A DNA stretch of 64,000 nucleotides. Origin: Octopus vulgaris. Taxonomy: Eukaryota. The notes under the pieces are model-generated. The model was given only the letters and a program-made list of their open reading frames with translations, did not search any database and had not been told where the DNA came from. The translations under genes and the position numbers were made by a program. Location: assembly GCA_951406725.2 (NCBI GenBank), contig OX597815.1, positions 60,574,001 through 60,638,000 of the forward strand, given 5' to 3'. Positions 14,523-27,684 of the stretch are shown piece by piece; the stretch's first letter is position 1; each line of letters opens with the position of its first letter.

Positions 14523-14524
<2 letters not shown>
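11133..14524 (+). mobile_element. Near full-length R4/Dong RLE LINE with few stops and frameshifts
   Basis: N-terminal region 11133-11855; RT 12096-13109 (YRPITCL, QGDSLSPLLF, YMDDLKLF); CCHC near 13685-13740; RLE 13824-14252 (RPDII..D..K..KY); (TAA)n on both sides. Confidence 0.96.
12096..13109 (+). pseudogene. Reverse transcriptase domain of the R4/Dong LINE
   Basis: 337-aa ORF with non-LTR RT motifs, separated from upstream and downstream parts by stop codons. Confidence 0.92.
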
Positions 14525-14563
<39 letters not shown>

Positions 14564-14599
14564 TTAATAATAATAATAAAGAATCAAGAATCCGCAAAT

Positions 14600-16620
14600 C
14601 TGGATATGACTATAAACTACATCCAGTAGTGGGACCCTAGGACCCCTGTTTCAGGGTATGATGAGTGTGGAACTACCTCTTAGCCAATATTGTTCTCAGG
14701 TCTACTCTGGCTCTGAGTGGCAGCACCTGTAAGGATTCCAGCTATGGATTAACTAGCAAACCCGACTGCGATTGGGGGCAGGGGATCGGTAGAATGCAAT
14801 TGCCGTATTCCCTGCGTGGCGTAAGAGGTAGCTAAAAGGGGCATGAGCGAGGGGGCTGGGAAACCTCTCCTCCTAGTAAATCCATATTCCTAAAAAGATG
14901 GCGAGAAAAAGACAAGGGGTGGAAGAAGGTTAATACCAAATCTCTCCCTAGTTCTAGGGTCATGGAATATGGATGGGTGTACTAAAAGTGAGGTAAAGAA
15001 AAGAGAGATAAGGAGTGGGATGGTAAGGAGAAGGATGGATGTGCTGGCATTGAGCAAGACTATGATGAAAGGTAAGAGAGAGTATCAATTTGGGGACGTG
15101 ACTGGACGAGTGTTAGGAATGGGAAGGGAGGGCTCGTGAGGGAGTGGCATTGCTGGTGAGGAGGGTGTGAAGAAGAATGTGGTGGAGTGGAGGGAAGTGT
15201 CTTCAAGATTATGGTTTAAGATGAGGTGGGGAAGAGAGAAATGGGTGTTTTTTTTAGTGCATATGGTCCAGGGAGTGAAAGGAGTGTAGAAGAGTATAGG
15301 GTTTCGGGAGGGAACTGATAGAGTGTAGGAAAATAGGGTGCGGAAAAGTGGTTTTGTGGTGGTGTTGGAAGTGGGAAATGAGGAAGTTAAAAAAGTAGTT
15401 AGAAAATATGGAGTTCCTGGTCGGACCGAGAGTGGAAGGAGGTTGTTGGAAATGTGTATGGAGCAGGAGTTGGTGGTGGGGAATAGTTTTTTAAAAAGTG
15501 GTTGAAGAATAAATTCACATGATGGAGGGTGGAGGGAGGAACAGTAATGGATAGGTCTTTGATGGATTATATATCAATTGATAAGAGAGTGGTAGGAAGG
15601 TTGGTGGATGTGCATGTAATAAGAGGTGAAGGGGGATGAGTGTCAGATCACTTCCTTGTACATGGTAAGTCGAAGGTATGCCCAAAATGGAATGCTAGAC
15701 GAGTGACAGGGAGGAGAGAGGTTATTGAAGTGAGTTAACTGGATTGGAGAGAAGAGGAGCAGGTGTATGTAAAGAAACTGAGAGGTGAATATGAACAGGT
15801 TAAGAAACGGGAAGTAGATGTCAAGGAGGAGTGGGGGACTTTTAGAGAGGCAGTAATGAGATGTGCCTCTGATGTATATGATACACGAGTGGTTGGAATA
15901 GATGTAGGGATGCAGTGGCAGAGAAGAAAAGGGCATTTGAAGAGTGGTTGCAGAAAGGGGGTGGAGAGGCTTATGATCGCTACAGAGAAGTAAAGAAGAG
16001 AGTAACAAGAATGGTGAAGATGCCGAAAGGGGAGGCGAGTGAAAGGTTCGGGAAAAAGTTGAGTGAAAATTTTGTATGAAATAAAAAGATGTTTTGGAAA
16101 GAGGTAGAGGGTTGGAGGAAGGGAAGAAAGGGTGAAGGATGTAAATGGAAATTTGTCGAAAGGAAGTGAGGATGTACAAAGGAGATGGGCAGAGTATTTT
16201 AGTGAGCTGTTATATGTGGAGGATGTTAAGGAGGCAAGCATAGTAGCTGTAGGAGGAGAAAAGAAAATGCCTGTTGTTGGGGAATGGAACGATGGTGTAA
16301 TTGGAAGGGAGGCGGTGAGGGAATCCTTGTGGAGGATGGCAAACTGGAAGAGGAGTGACAGCGATTGAATGGTTAGTGAGGCTTATGAATGTTTGTTATA
16401 TGGCTGGAATAGTACCAAAGAACTGGTGCAGTGCCTATATAGTGCCATTGTACAAGGGCAAAGTGGATAAATGTGAGTGTGGTAATTTTAGGGGTATAAA
16501 TCTGTTGTGTGTGGCTGGTAAACTGTATGGAGAATTCTGGTTTTTAGGGTGATGAACCAGACAAAGAGTAAACTAAGGGAGGAGCAGTGTGGTTTTAGGA
16601 ATGGAAAGGAGTGTACAGAT
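14600..16620 (+). mobile_element. Degenerate RTE-like LINE (APE plus RT N-terminus), 3'-truncated
   Basis: APE remnants (SAYGP, DYISID, SDHFLV); RT region VPKNWCSAYIVPLYKGKVDKCECGNFRGINLL and EEQCGFR. Confidence 0.8.
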
Positions 16621-16649
16621 ATACCGATATACAATGAGTCATATATAAG

Positions 16650-17300
16650 GAGAAGAGACATACATACGTTGCCGGGTCATAGTGCTAGTTTGGTATAAAT
16701 TTGTTAAATTAAAAATTTGGGGTAATAAAACATACAATGACATATTAAAAAGACGAATTAAAATTCCAGAGAAAAATACATAGAAGATAAATATACAAAT
16801 TTACAAAAATACATAAAATACATAAAAGTTCATTCGGAGATGCGCCAATTAATATGAAACATATATATTTAAAATTGACACTCCCCTCATCAGGATGTTT
16901 GTCCATACAACACATACTACACGAAACAAATGCACAATTACATACCGGCTACATGCGAAAGACCAGACATTACGTACTTTTCCAAATTCTCATAGATACT
17001 GAATGCTACTTTATAAGCATATAATTCAATCTAGCAGCTATAGTAAATGGTATGCGCACAGCTCCATCTGGACTAATTCACTTCTGCACTCAATTAAATT
17101 TTTCATCTTTTAATTTCTCCCATTCATGCAAAGCCACATATTCGAGTTCAAGTCCTTGATAAATTTTATACTAATTGCAATGTTTTCTTTTAATAGTTAT
17201 ATTACGAGTTAATTACCATTTTAATTACTACTTACTATATTTACTATATTTAATTCAATTGCTATAATTACCTCTAACTTTTATTGCTATTTTTATTTCT
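16650..17300 (-). mobile_element. PLE 3' remnant with a partial hammerhead
   Basis: Minus strand 16832-16893 has CUGAUGA plus a long paired stem II (GGGGAGUGUCAAUU/AAUUGGCGCAUCUCC) then GAA, with the rest of the core lost; upstream LCMN..EK and C-RSEL-like residues. Confidence 0.45.
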
Positions 17301-17938
17301 AAATTTCTTATGGAACGTCGAGCGGATCTTATACGTACGTACAATATATTTTTATATGATGTTTATATATTTATATATTACTATATATTTCTAAACGTCG
17401 GGCTTTATATCTGTTCTGTAGATATAAATGAATATATGAATATATGTATGTGTTTGATCTTTCTGTGGATTTTGTAGTGCTCTTTCAGTTGCTGCTCGCA
17501 TTGCCTCCCCTCGGATTAAAAAGTGTATACAGCTCATTTGAGCTCTACTATTCCAGTCTGTTATATATTTTGAGCGTTGTTGTCACTAACGATCTCAAGA
17601 TATAACTTTATATTTTGTAATATATATATATATATATACATATATATGTATACATCCATATACATACAATAGAGAGATGTTTTTGTTTCATTTTTAACAC
17701 GTAATACTAAAATAGTGGAGAAGATATGATATTGCTGTGGGCTCACCCTAGGCAAGAAGTTGAACATTTTTCCCATAAAAGTACATGGACCCTAAGTAAG
17801 GCATGTGTAAAATTTGAATGAAATTGGTTGTGCAGTTCTCAAGTTTTAGGGAAACACACAGACAGATAGACACACATTCTCGGTTTTATATATATAGAGA
17901 TACACACGCGCGCGCACACACAGACAGACACACACACG

Positions 17939-17989
<51 letters not shown>

Positions 17990-18580
17990 ACATATATATA
18001 GATACTGTTGTGGCTGGGGAGAGTCATTTTCTTTTTGTGCCTTATAATTTAACACACTCAAGAACCAAGACTATTGAAAAGGTTGCAAGGCGCAAAGAAA
18101 ATTTTAGGAAAATAAAAATAAGGAATAAGTGGAAATTTTACCGGTGAGTGTGTTAAATTATAAGGCACAAAAAGAAAATGACACAAAAGAATATGCTTCA
18201 ACATACGAACTCACATAAAGAATCTTGCAAACCAAATCCAAAAACGAAATATATATATATATATATACATAGAGACAGATAGGTAGACATACAGACAGAG
18301 ATTGGTGTGATAGCTTCGATAAATGCCATGGGTCGAATATCTCCGCCCTTGAGTCACTCTGATACGTATATATTGATTTATTTCTTTTTCTTTTTTTGCT
18401 AAATAAACACAAGCACTGTGTATTCGTTCTTCACTCGTTTATTACTGTTCTTATTTCATCGTATGTCCATTGTCCGAAAATCTTTTGTCACACATTTGTG
18501 ACCTCTTCGGCGACTTTTACTATCCACGGAATATGTATATTTTGAGATAGACGCATAGATAGATAGATAGACAGACTTAC

Positions 18581-18672
<92 letters not shown>
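18581..18672. repeat. (GATA)n microsatellite
   Basis: Directly visible. Confidence 0.95.
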
Positions 18673-18673
<1 letters not shown>

Positions 18674-18810
18674 TAGACAGCTATTGGGACAGGTAGCCAC
18701 ACAGACGCATTACAGACAGTGTGACATACAAACGAAGAAATAGACAGAAAGATGGTTTACGATATGGGTAATGCAGCCTCGGATTTCGCACGGCTGTCAT
18801 CACGTCTCTT

Positions 18811-18858
<48 letters not shown>

Positions 18859-19011
18859 GAACGCACAGTGCTCATACATACATACACACGCACAGGCATA
18901 TACACCTCCCGTTCAAACACACAAATATATGCATACACGCATATAAAACTACATACATGCCTACACATGCATCCATGCCCATACACACACAGAGAGGCAC
19001 AGACACACACG

Positions 19012-19057
<46 letters not shown>

Positions 19058-20130
19058 AGCATAGAAGTTGTCAGATTTCAGCGATGTAACCGAGAAAATT
19101 TATCATCCGTACAAAGTTAGTCAGCTGACAGGAGAGTGATGTGGGTGAAAACTGACGGATGTGACACTACTACTACTAGTAGTAGTAGTAGTAGTAGTAG
19201 TAGTTGTTGTTGTTGTTGTTGTTGTTGTTGTTATTGGTGGTGGTTGTGTTGGTGGTGGTGAGGTGTTGTAGAGATAGCAGTGGGAAAATATTGATGGAGG
19301 GAGTGAGGCCGATAGTGGAGCGGAGAGGAAGACAAAGCCGTTGGCGGAGGGTGATAAGTGTGGTGGTGGAGGTTGTTATAATGATAGCGATGGTAACACC
19401 GATGGAGACGATGTTGTTGGGGGTGGTGATGCAGTGGTGGTGGAAAATGATGGCGGTGGTCATAGAAGCAGATAACTCTCGTTATAGCGATGGCGGTGTT
19501 AAGAGTGGACGTTCAGAGTATTGACGCTGTTGTTGTTGTGGGTGATGGTGGTAATGGTTGTGGTGCTTTTGGTGTTGGCCATAGTGGTGGTAGTCGTGTT
19601 GTAGCAGGAACATTTATGCTGGACAACATATATACATGCATGTATATGTATATACGTTTATGCGTATCTGTACGTTTCTGTGTATGTTTCTGTGTGTGTG
19701 TGTGTGCGTGCGTGCGTGCGCGCGTACCACAAGGGAGAATATTTGTGGACTGTGAAATAAGAACATATACAGGTTCGTAGATACGTATAGAAAGATACAT
19801 TGATAACTGTAGAAAGGTATAGAAAGATCTATGGAATGGTATATAGAAAGGCATATAGATAGTTATATAGAAACATCCGCAATTAAGAAGATGAAATATA
19901 AAACCTTTGGCGAATGTGCGAACTGAGTAGTGAATTTACTGATGACAAATAGAATGAAACAAGTCTTCGTAGTTTTTTCCCCTTTACTTGAAAGTTCTAT
20001 CATCTCTTTTCGTAGAGTGCGCTTTGCAACTGTGTCGTTCACTTTCCGAATTCACTGGGTGCTACTTTAGGTAATTTACACTGTAACCAAAGATATTTTG
20101 GGTGACAGAAATAGCCACGTATGTGACTAC

Positions 20131-20253
<123 letters not shown>

Positions 20254-20262
20254 TATGTTTTG

Positions 20263-20886
20263 TGTCATTCCATAAATAATTCAGCTTTTTATACTTCTTT
20301 TATATTTTGAAATTAACAAAAAGTTCTTTTTTTAATCTGAAATATACTTTATTTCAGTTTCTACAATACTCTTCCATCTATGTGGTAGACATGCAAGGCC
20401 TCTCTTCAAAGATTCACTTGTGCTTGACAGAAAATATTCCTTCAGTATTGTTCTGACCTCGTCTACAGAATTCATATTTTTTACGTCGAAATGATTTTGA
20501 AGATTACGGAATAAATGATAATCAGATGGGGTAATGACCGGCGGATATGGTGGATGGAGCATCACATTCAAACTACTCCACCCTTTGGAATATTGTCCTT
20601 GCTGTATGACACGGGTTTACACTTATTGTCCGATCCCCATATGCTGCATTAATATTCCTCGCACTTACCGTTACGTTGTTGCTTTTATTGAATTCATGAA
20701 GCAAAATATGCCGAATATGCTCCTTTGTCATGGAACTGCACTCTTAAAAACTTGCACTAAGAATAAGTACAAAGTAAACTTACTACCTGCTTTTATAGGA
20801 AGTTGATGCAGTTAGTTTATCCCGTCCCCATCCGACTCGTAGTTCATGCAATTGAAACAACCGCATTATTTATGGGATGACCCAAT
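20263..20886 (-). mobile_element. Internally deleted mariner
   Basis: ORF 20332-20571 with HPPYPPVITPSDYHLF (YSPDLAPSDY-like); TIR-like ends gtcattccataaataat and attatttatgggatgacccaa; same family as 34283-35569. Confidence 0.9.
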
Positions 20887-21476
20887 GTATATAAACAGAG
20901 AGAGAGAGAGAGAGAGAGGGGGGAGAGAGAGAGAAAGAGGGAGGTAGCGAGAAGTAATGATTATCGCTACATCAATATGGCTGTTCGACGTTACTACAAT
21001 TTTTAACCCCAGGATGAGCCTCCTCTAGCTGATTATTAATGCAATCTGCACCCGGTATATATTGCAAGTAGGAGGAAGAACTCCTACCAACCTCTAGCAG
21101 ATGTCCAGATCACCTGACCGAACGGTTTCAAGCTATTTGTGGCTAGCGTCAGTGGTGAACATCTGTTGTTATTCTTTTTGTTTGTATTTGTAATCGTGTA
21201 ACATTTTCTCCATTTTCTCGATCTTTTGTTCGTGTTGACGCACATATTCGCCCGCTTTCTTCCAAAAATTTAAGGCCCTTAGTTTAGATTTTTGCTGCCC
21301 ACCAATTTTGAACAGTCTCAAGTGTAACAGTCCGAAGATGCAGTGATATTTGGAAGCTTGACTGATGAAAAGAAAATCATGAATGTTCCGTCCTGGCTTT
21401 CCTGTCCGTCTTTCTATCGTCCATCTGTCCGTGTGTTTTCATTGTCGTTCGTTACGTTCTTGCTCCGTATATATAT

Positions 21477-21896
21477 AACTTATAAATAAGGGCAAACGAA
21501 AAAATTTCTAATGCCAAATATGCCGAAATTAGACACCTTGTCCATAACCATATAATTTTTCACAATACGCACGCTATTCAAAACAAGTCGACAGAAATTT
21601 CTAAAAAATTCCATTATTACCGTAACTAGACCGATTTTAGGGTTAGTTCATACGAACCCTCCTTCAGTAAGTATCTCATTTATTTCTTTGCCACATTTAT
21701 CACTGATGAAGGGAGGGTTCTTATGAACTAACCCTGAAATCGGTCCGATATGGTAATAATGGAATTTTTTAGAAATTTCTGTCGACCTTTTTTGAGTAGC
21801 GTGCATATTGTGAAAAATTATATGGTTATGGACAAGGTGTCTAATTTCGGCATATTTGGCATTAGAAATTTTTTCGTTTGCCCTTATTTATAAGTT
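21477..21896. mobile_element. Foldback PLE-terminal-repeat element in (TA)n with hammerhead
   Basis: About 190-bp arms, 21477-21668 vs 21702-21896, loop about 33 nt; hammerhead core at 21703-21745 on +. Confidence 0.75.
21698..21750 (+). ncRNA. Type I hammerhead ribozyme (slightly degenerate)
   Basis: CUGAUGA, stem II AGGG..GUUC UUAU GAAC..CCCU, GAAA UCG GUC; stem I UAUC/GAUA with the first pair mismatched. Confidence 0.6.
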
Positions 21897-21906
21897 ATAT
21901 ATATAT

Positions 21907-21945
<39 letters not shown>

Positions 21946-21969
21946 CGGTGGGGTGTCTGTGTGTGTGTG

Positions 21970-22115
21970 TATGTTTGTGTATCTGTGTTTGTTCCTCCAA
22001 GATCGCTTGACAAACGATGCTGATGTGTTTACGTTCCCGTAACGTAGCGGTTAGAATAAGTACTAGGCAAACACAGATATACAAACACACACACACACAC
22101 ACACGCAAACACACG

Positions 22116-22168
<53 letters not shown>

Positions 22169-22328
22169 CGGGCTTCTTTCGGTTTCCGTCTACCAAATCC
22201 TCTCACAAGGCTTTGGTCGGCCCGAGGCTATAGTAGAAGACACTTGCCTAAGGTACCACGCAGTGAGACTGAACTCGAAACCATGTGGTTGGTAAGCAAG
22301 CTACTTACCACACAGCCACTATTCCGCC
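21970..22328 (-). mobile_element. tRNA-derived SINE with inverted 3' half
   Basis: 22328-22068 on minus matches the head and body of the SINE at 59942; its 3' portion occurs on plus at 21970-22067. Confidence 0.8.
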
Positions 22329-22400
22329 TAAAAAAATGAACAACCTTAATCGATTTTCGAACCTTAATGGGTTCTCATTAGAGGCATCTGCACCATTCTG

Positions 22401-22463
<63 letters not shown>

Positions 22464-22483
22464 GCATATATACATGCGTATAT

Positions 22484-22558
<75 letters not shown>

Positions 22559-22564
<6 letters not shown>

Positions 22565-23712
22565 AAAGCAGACAGCAAACGTTAAGGCATGGCAAACATC
22601 TCAAGTCATATATATTATTATTATTGGAAAAAATTCAGTCTTACAGCTATTTCTGGGATATCCCCGTGTATGGGATATTCCGCTATCAGAGACAAATAGG
22701 GAAAATGAGAAGGGTATATATTAATGAATTGACGACATAGAGGAAGGGAGTAAAGGATTAAAAAGATGAAGAGTGAGAAGAAAAAAATAAACAAAATAGA
22801 GCGAAAAGAAAGGAATTTAAAGAGAGAAGTAGTTGTCGGTAGTACTCTTCTAGTCTATACGTGTTAGGGAGGAAATCTAGTAATAAATGCTTGTGTCTGT
22901 TATGGACTACTAGATTTCTTCCCCGACACTTACAAATTAGAAAACTACCACAGACACCTACTACTGTCTTTAAATTCCTTTCTTTTCGCTCTATTTTGTT
23001 TATTTCTTTACGTTATCTTCCTCTACCTCCTCATCATCTCCCTTATCCCCTCGGCTATTCCTGTACACAATATTCTTAGACACTGTATGCTTATACACCT
23101 TACTTTATCCTAAAGCCAATCCGTAACTTCCCCACCTCACTCTCTATTTATTTACTTTTATTTCGTTTTACCACCTAATAGCCACCTTTCGCTATCATTC
23201 TCTTATTGAACGTTGATATGTTCGCGTCTTTCTTCTCTGGGTGTTTACAATATCAGGATGTTAACCCACATGGATCTACGCAGGATTGCACCTAAGGATT
23301 TATATATTTGTTTCTACAACGTCGGAAAGTTGAATTATGAACTTTTATGCTTCTTTTTTCTTCTCACCCTTCATCTCCTTATTCCTTTATTCTCTTTCTC
23401 TATGTCATCATTTCATTAATATGTACACTTCTCATTTTCCCTATTTTTCACTATTTGACGGAATATTCCATTTGACGGATACCCCAGAAACAGCTGAATT
23501 TTTTGCAATAATAATAATGTATAAGACATGGGATCTTTACCTTGCTTTAATGTTTGTTGTCCTCTTCAACAATTATATATCCACTGCATCATAGATTTCC
23601 AATGACTCCATAACTATCGTCTCGGCTATAACTTTGGAGCCCTAGTAATTCATTACACCACTTACCTAGCGTAGCTAATTGTTTAGATCACCTGTGAACT
23701 AAATCCCAATAC
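22559..23712. mobile_element. Older foldback PLE remnant in (TA)n
   Basis: Diverged inverted repeat about 22559-22790 vs 23352-23572; nested hairpin 22789-22855 vs 22940-23002; degenerate hammerhead on minus at 22638-22693. Confidence 0.65.
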
Positions 23713-23798
<86 letters not shown>

Positions 23799-23817
23799 TA
23801 TCAAGTACTCACCCCGA

Positions 23818-23878
<61 letters not shown>

Positions 23879-23938
23879 CATACATACATACATACATACT
23901 TACATACATACATACATATGTATATATATGTGTGTGTG

Positions 23939-23986
<48 letters not shown>

Positions 23987-24089
23987 ATGTAGGATATAAT
24001 TTTTTCGAAAAAAATTTTATCAATGGCCAGCATATTAAAAAATACCTTTAAAGGTTAAATTTATAAACAACAGACACAGACACCTCACC

Positions 24090-24141
<52 letters not shown>

Positions 24142-24161
24142 CTTATAAATAAGGGCAAACG

Positions 24162-24707
24162 TTCTGGGAGACCCGCAACCAGCAGAACTGAGAAAAACAT
24201 CGCAGATGTGCGTGCAGCGCTGGGAAGAAATTGTCAAATCACTATCCGTGAGTTATCAGAGTATGTGCAGAATAATTACGGTTCAGTTAATTGCATTATC
24301 ACTGAAGATTTGAGTATGAGATGCGTGTCTGCCAAGTTTGTGCCAAAACTGCTTCCAGCTGACCAAAAGGACACTTGGGTTTCAGTTGCACAAGATTTCC
24401 TTGATTGTGTTGAGAGCGACGAAAACTTTTTGAAACCTTAGCGTAGGCCTCTTAGTAGGTATCGCCAAGCTTTTGGCAAAATTTGATGCAGAGTCTTTGC
24501 TCAACTTTCTCCGTTATGATCAATGCGACAACCACACGCTACACACCTTCCATGCACTACTGTAAACAGCAGAAGTGAGCTTGAACGTTAAACCTTAGAG
24601 CGCATGCGCAGCAGAGTTCAAGGTCACTATGTGCCAAGCGGCTTTACTGTATGCCTTAGCTTCGTTACTATGCCAACAGTCCGGATACTTATTGATCAGA
24701 TCACGTA
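24162..24707 (+). mobile_element. Rearranged mariner fragment
   Basis: ORF 24208-24441 ITIRELSE...VSAKFVPKLL (HTH plus WVPHEL-like linker); TIR-like end gatacttattgatcagatcacgta. Confidence 0.75.
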
Positions 24708-24713
24708 TATATA

Positions 24714-24752
24714 GACGCAGGCGTGGCTGTGTGGTAAGAAGCTTGCTTCCCA
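24714..24752 (+). mobile_element. SINE head, 5' part, interrupted by an insertion
   Basis: gacgcaggcgtggctgtgtggtaagaagcttgcttccca; continues at 26942. Confidence 0.85.
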
Positions 24753-26941
24753 GAAGCCTAATTCCCACTGCGCATGTGTTGTTGTTAGTGTGCGCATGCG
24801 TCGTTGTCAGCGTTGTGCGTATCACCGAAAGAAGTGTCCAAGCTGTGTACAGCTGGTGAAAAAAGAAGCTCAATTGTAAGGTAAGACTTTTATTTTTGGG
24901 TCCAGTGGGGGTTTGTTGTTTGTGGTAATTATTTTTGTACAAGCAAGAGGTTCTCACTGGATTCTAAACTCTGGTCTGCCTGCAGTTGAGCAAAAGTGGT
25001 TCACGTTAAGTGAATATTTTTTCACACTTAATTGTGAGAATTGTTGCTGGGGGCGTATCGTGCCTCCTAAAAATTTGTTCACTTTTTGTGAATTCTTAAA
25101 ATAATTGTGAGAATTTCTGTTTGGGAGGAGTGTCTTTGCCTCCGAAGTTTGAACGACTTGTATACCAGTGTTTATGGAAGTTGTGTTCCATTTGTGGCGT
25201 TCCGGGTTCGACCTTGGCATGGAGTACCTAGTGGCCGGAATTTTTTTTTTTGCTGTGTTTTGAACTATTGACTTTCTTTCTTCTAAATTTTTCGTGAATT
25301 CTTTTCTTTTTCTTCCTTCCATCTTATTGTGACTTTCTTTTGATTTTTTTCATTTTCTTATTTTGAGTTTTATTTTGAACTATTTTCGAACTGTTATTAT
25401 AGAAAAAAAAAGCATAGCAATGAAAAAAGATAATGTCTTGGAGTGGGAAATTATACCACCCAAACGGTGGTTGAAAGACCTTGAAGAGAGGACGGTGATG
25501 TTGAGGACTTATCCAAGTCACTTGACACCATCGCCCTATTTGAAAAAACTGTAATTGAAAAGGAGTTGGCAGAGTATCTGCCAACTATTAAATTCATTTC
25601 CAAGGGGTTCAAATACGCAACGGTGTGGTTGCTATTTGACAACCCTGAAGAGGCTCGCAAATTTGCGAGCCAGCGCTTAGAGGGCAAAGAAATTTTGTTT
25701 CTTCCCACGTATTGTGGGAAGAGGTTGACAAGAGCTTGGGTCTGCGGGTTGCCACCCGGGATAAAACCTAAGTGGATAGAGGAGACTATCCGCCGGTGTC
25801 TGGGTGGCAGCGGAGTCAAGCTCTTTAATGTGAAAGTTTTTCCTGCGCTGATTGGGTTGGGTCAAAAGCTGTTTTGACCCTCTGGACCCAATCAGCCAAT
25901 CTGTTTTTTCTAGATTTTTTTTAAATGGCCGGGTGCAGGTACCCGGTGATTCTTGAAGGTCGCCCCCCCCCCAGGTGTGATCGGTGCCTGGAGCCTGGCC
26001 ATATAAAGAAAACCCTCCCCAGGAACAAAGTAAGGTCCTGGAGAAGTTGGTTGAGACCTCTGTAGAAGAGGGAATGAAGGCGGCCGAGGAGGCGGAGGAC
26101 TCCTCAAAGAAGGGCCGCAAGAGGAAGAACAATGGTTGGTCACCGCAGGATCCTAGGAATTAGGGAGAGGAGGCGTATCTTCCGGTCACGGAGGTGACGC
26201 ACCCTCCCTCAGATGAGAAGAAAAAAAGAGGAAGAGGAAGAGAAACGGGACATTGCTGGCAGTCAGTGACATAGTACCGGAATGTCCCCGAACCTTGTCG
26301 GTGGAGGTTGTGCCACTGGCAGAGGGAGATATACTGTCGGTAGGAATTGTGCCGCCGACAGTAGAAATGACTACGTCGTCCTCGGAGAAAGATGAATTAT
26401 TGGTCTTCTAGAAAGGCGAAGAGGTGAAGAAGATGTTGGAAGGGGGTACCTTTAGCCTGCACACGGGATCCCGAATGGCCTCTGCAGATAGTTGTGGAGG
26501 TCATAACGTTGCCGGTGTTGCGTACACTGCAGGTACTCAAAGAGGAATATCGGTCGTGGCCGGGCGGCGCCGACACAGCATCCGCCTTGTGCTTGAATGA
26601 GGTGTGGGTGATGGCGGAGGATGAGGTCACAAGCGATGTTGGGGAGGAATATGGATAAGAGGTTTAAATGCCTCAGTGTTATTGAAAGTTCCTAATTTTG
26701 AAAAAAGAGGTAAGAGGCTTAGTGCCTCATTTTGTTATTGAATTGTGAACAATGCAAGAGGTTTGTTGCCACATGAATAATATAAGAGATCAATGTTCTC
26801 GGGAAAAAATGATCGGCGGGCATCGCTTTATACCTCATTAATCATCATTTTCATTTTTTATTTCATATAACATTATGTCTGTGTCCAGCCCGTAGCTTCC
26901 TATCTCTATGTAAGGCTTTTTATAGCCAATATAATGAAATA
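24753..26941 (+). mobile_element. ORF1-only L1/Tx1-like non-LTR element with 17-bp TSD
   Basis: TSD aagaagcttgcttccca at 24736-24752 and 26942-26958; frameshifted ORF1-like coding 25420-25877 (ATVWLLFDNPEEARKF, RAWVCGLPPGI); ends in aatataatgaaataaa; no RT motif seen. Confidence 0.7.
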
Positions 26942-27093
26942 AAGAAGCTTGCTTCCCAACCACATGGTTCCGGGTTCAGTCCCACTGTGTGTCGGGGAGA
27001 CCAATGTTTTGTGATTGAATATGGTAGACGGAAACTCTAGGGGACTGAACTCGGAAGCATGTAGTTTAGAGGTTGCACGCACATACAAACACA

Positions 27094-27132
<39 letters not shown>

Positions 27133-27148
27133 ATACACACACACACAC
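26942..27148 (+). mobile_element. SINE continuation (B-box region and body)
   Basis: aaccacatggttccgggttcagtcccactg...ggtagacggaaact matches the SINE at 59942. Confidence 0.75.
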
Positions 27149-27646
27149 GGTTAAATTTGTGCGATAAATTGCAATGAGTTAATCTAATTGATATGTCAAG
27201 TGACGTAAGTAGCATGTAGTATTTGAGGAGTATTGTTTAAGCGTCTTTTTTCTTTTGAATGGTCAGCTCGGAAAATAGTGGAAGATGATTAATAATTCTT
27301 GGTGTCGATAATACATATATATAGAAGTTCACACACAAACACACACATACGCGCGCACACACACATACCTATGTACATATATCTCATATGGGTGGAGGTG
27401 TTGCGTGTGTATATGCGTGCGTGAAGAAAAGCGTATATATGTGAATGAAAGAGAATTAAGAATAAAAACGTAAGTAGAGAGTAATATCGTAAACGTAAAG
27501 AACTTTTTAAAGTAAGAAGCAAGTAAAACGACAAAAGAAAATTATAACTAAGAAATGATAAAACAAATTAGAGAAACTTGCTGATGTTTATGAAACAAGG
27601 AGAGATGGGGAGAGAGAAAAACAGAGCAAAAAAGTTTCAGAGTAAG

Positions 27647-27684
<38 letters not shown>

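Noticed and set aside
19160-19610. GT-rich ORFs resembling mucin or Gly-rich protein
   Set aside because: Decayed (GGT)/(GTT) low-complexity sequence
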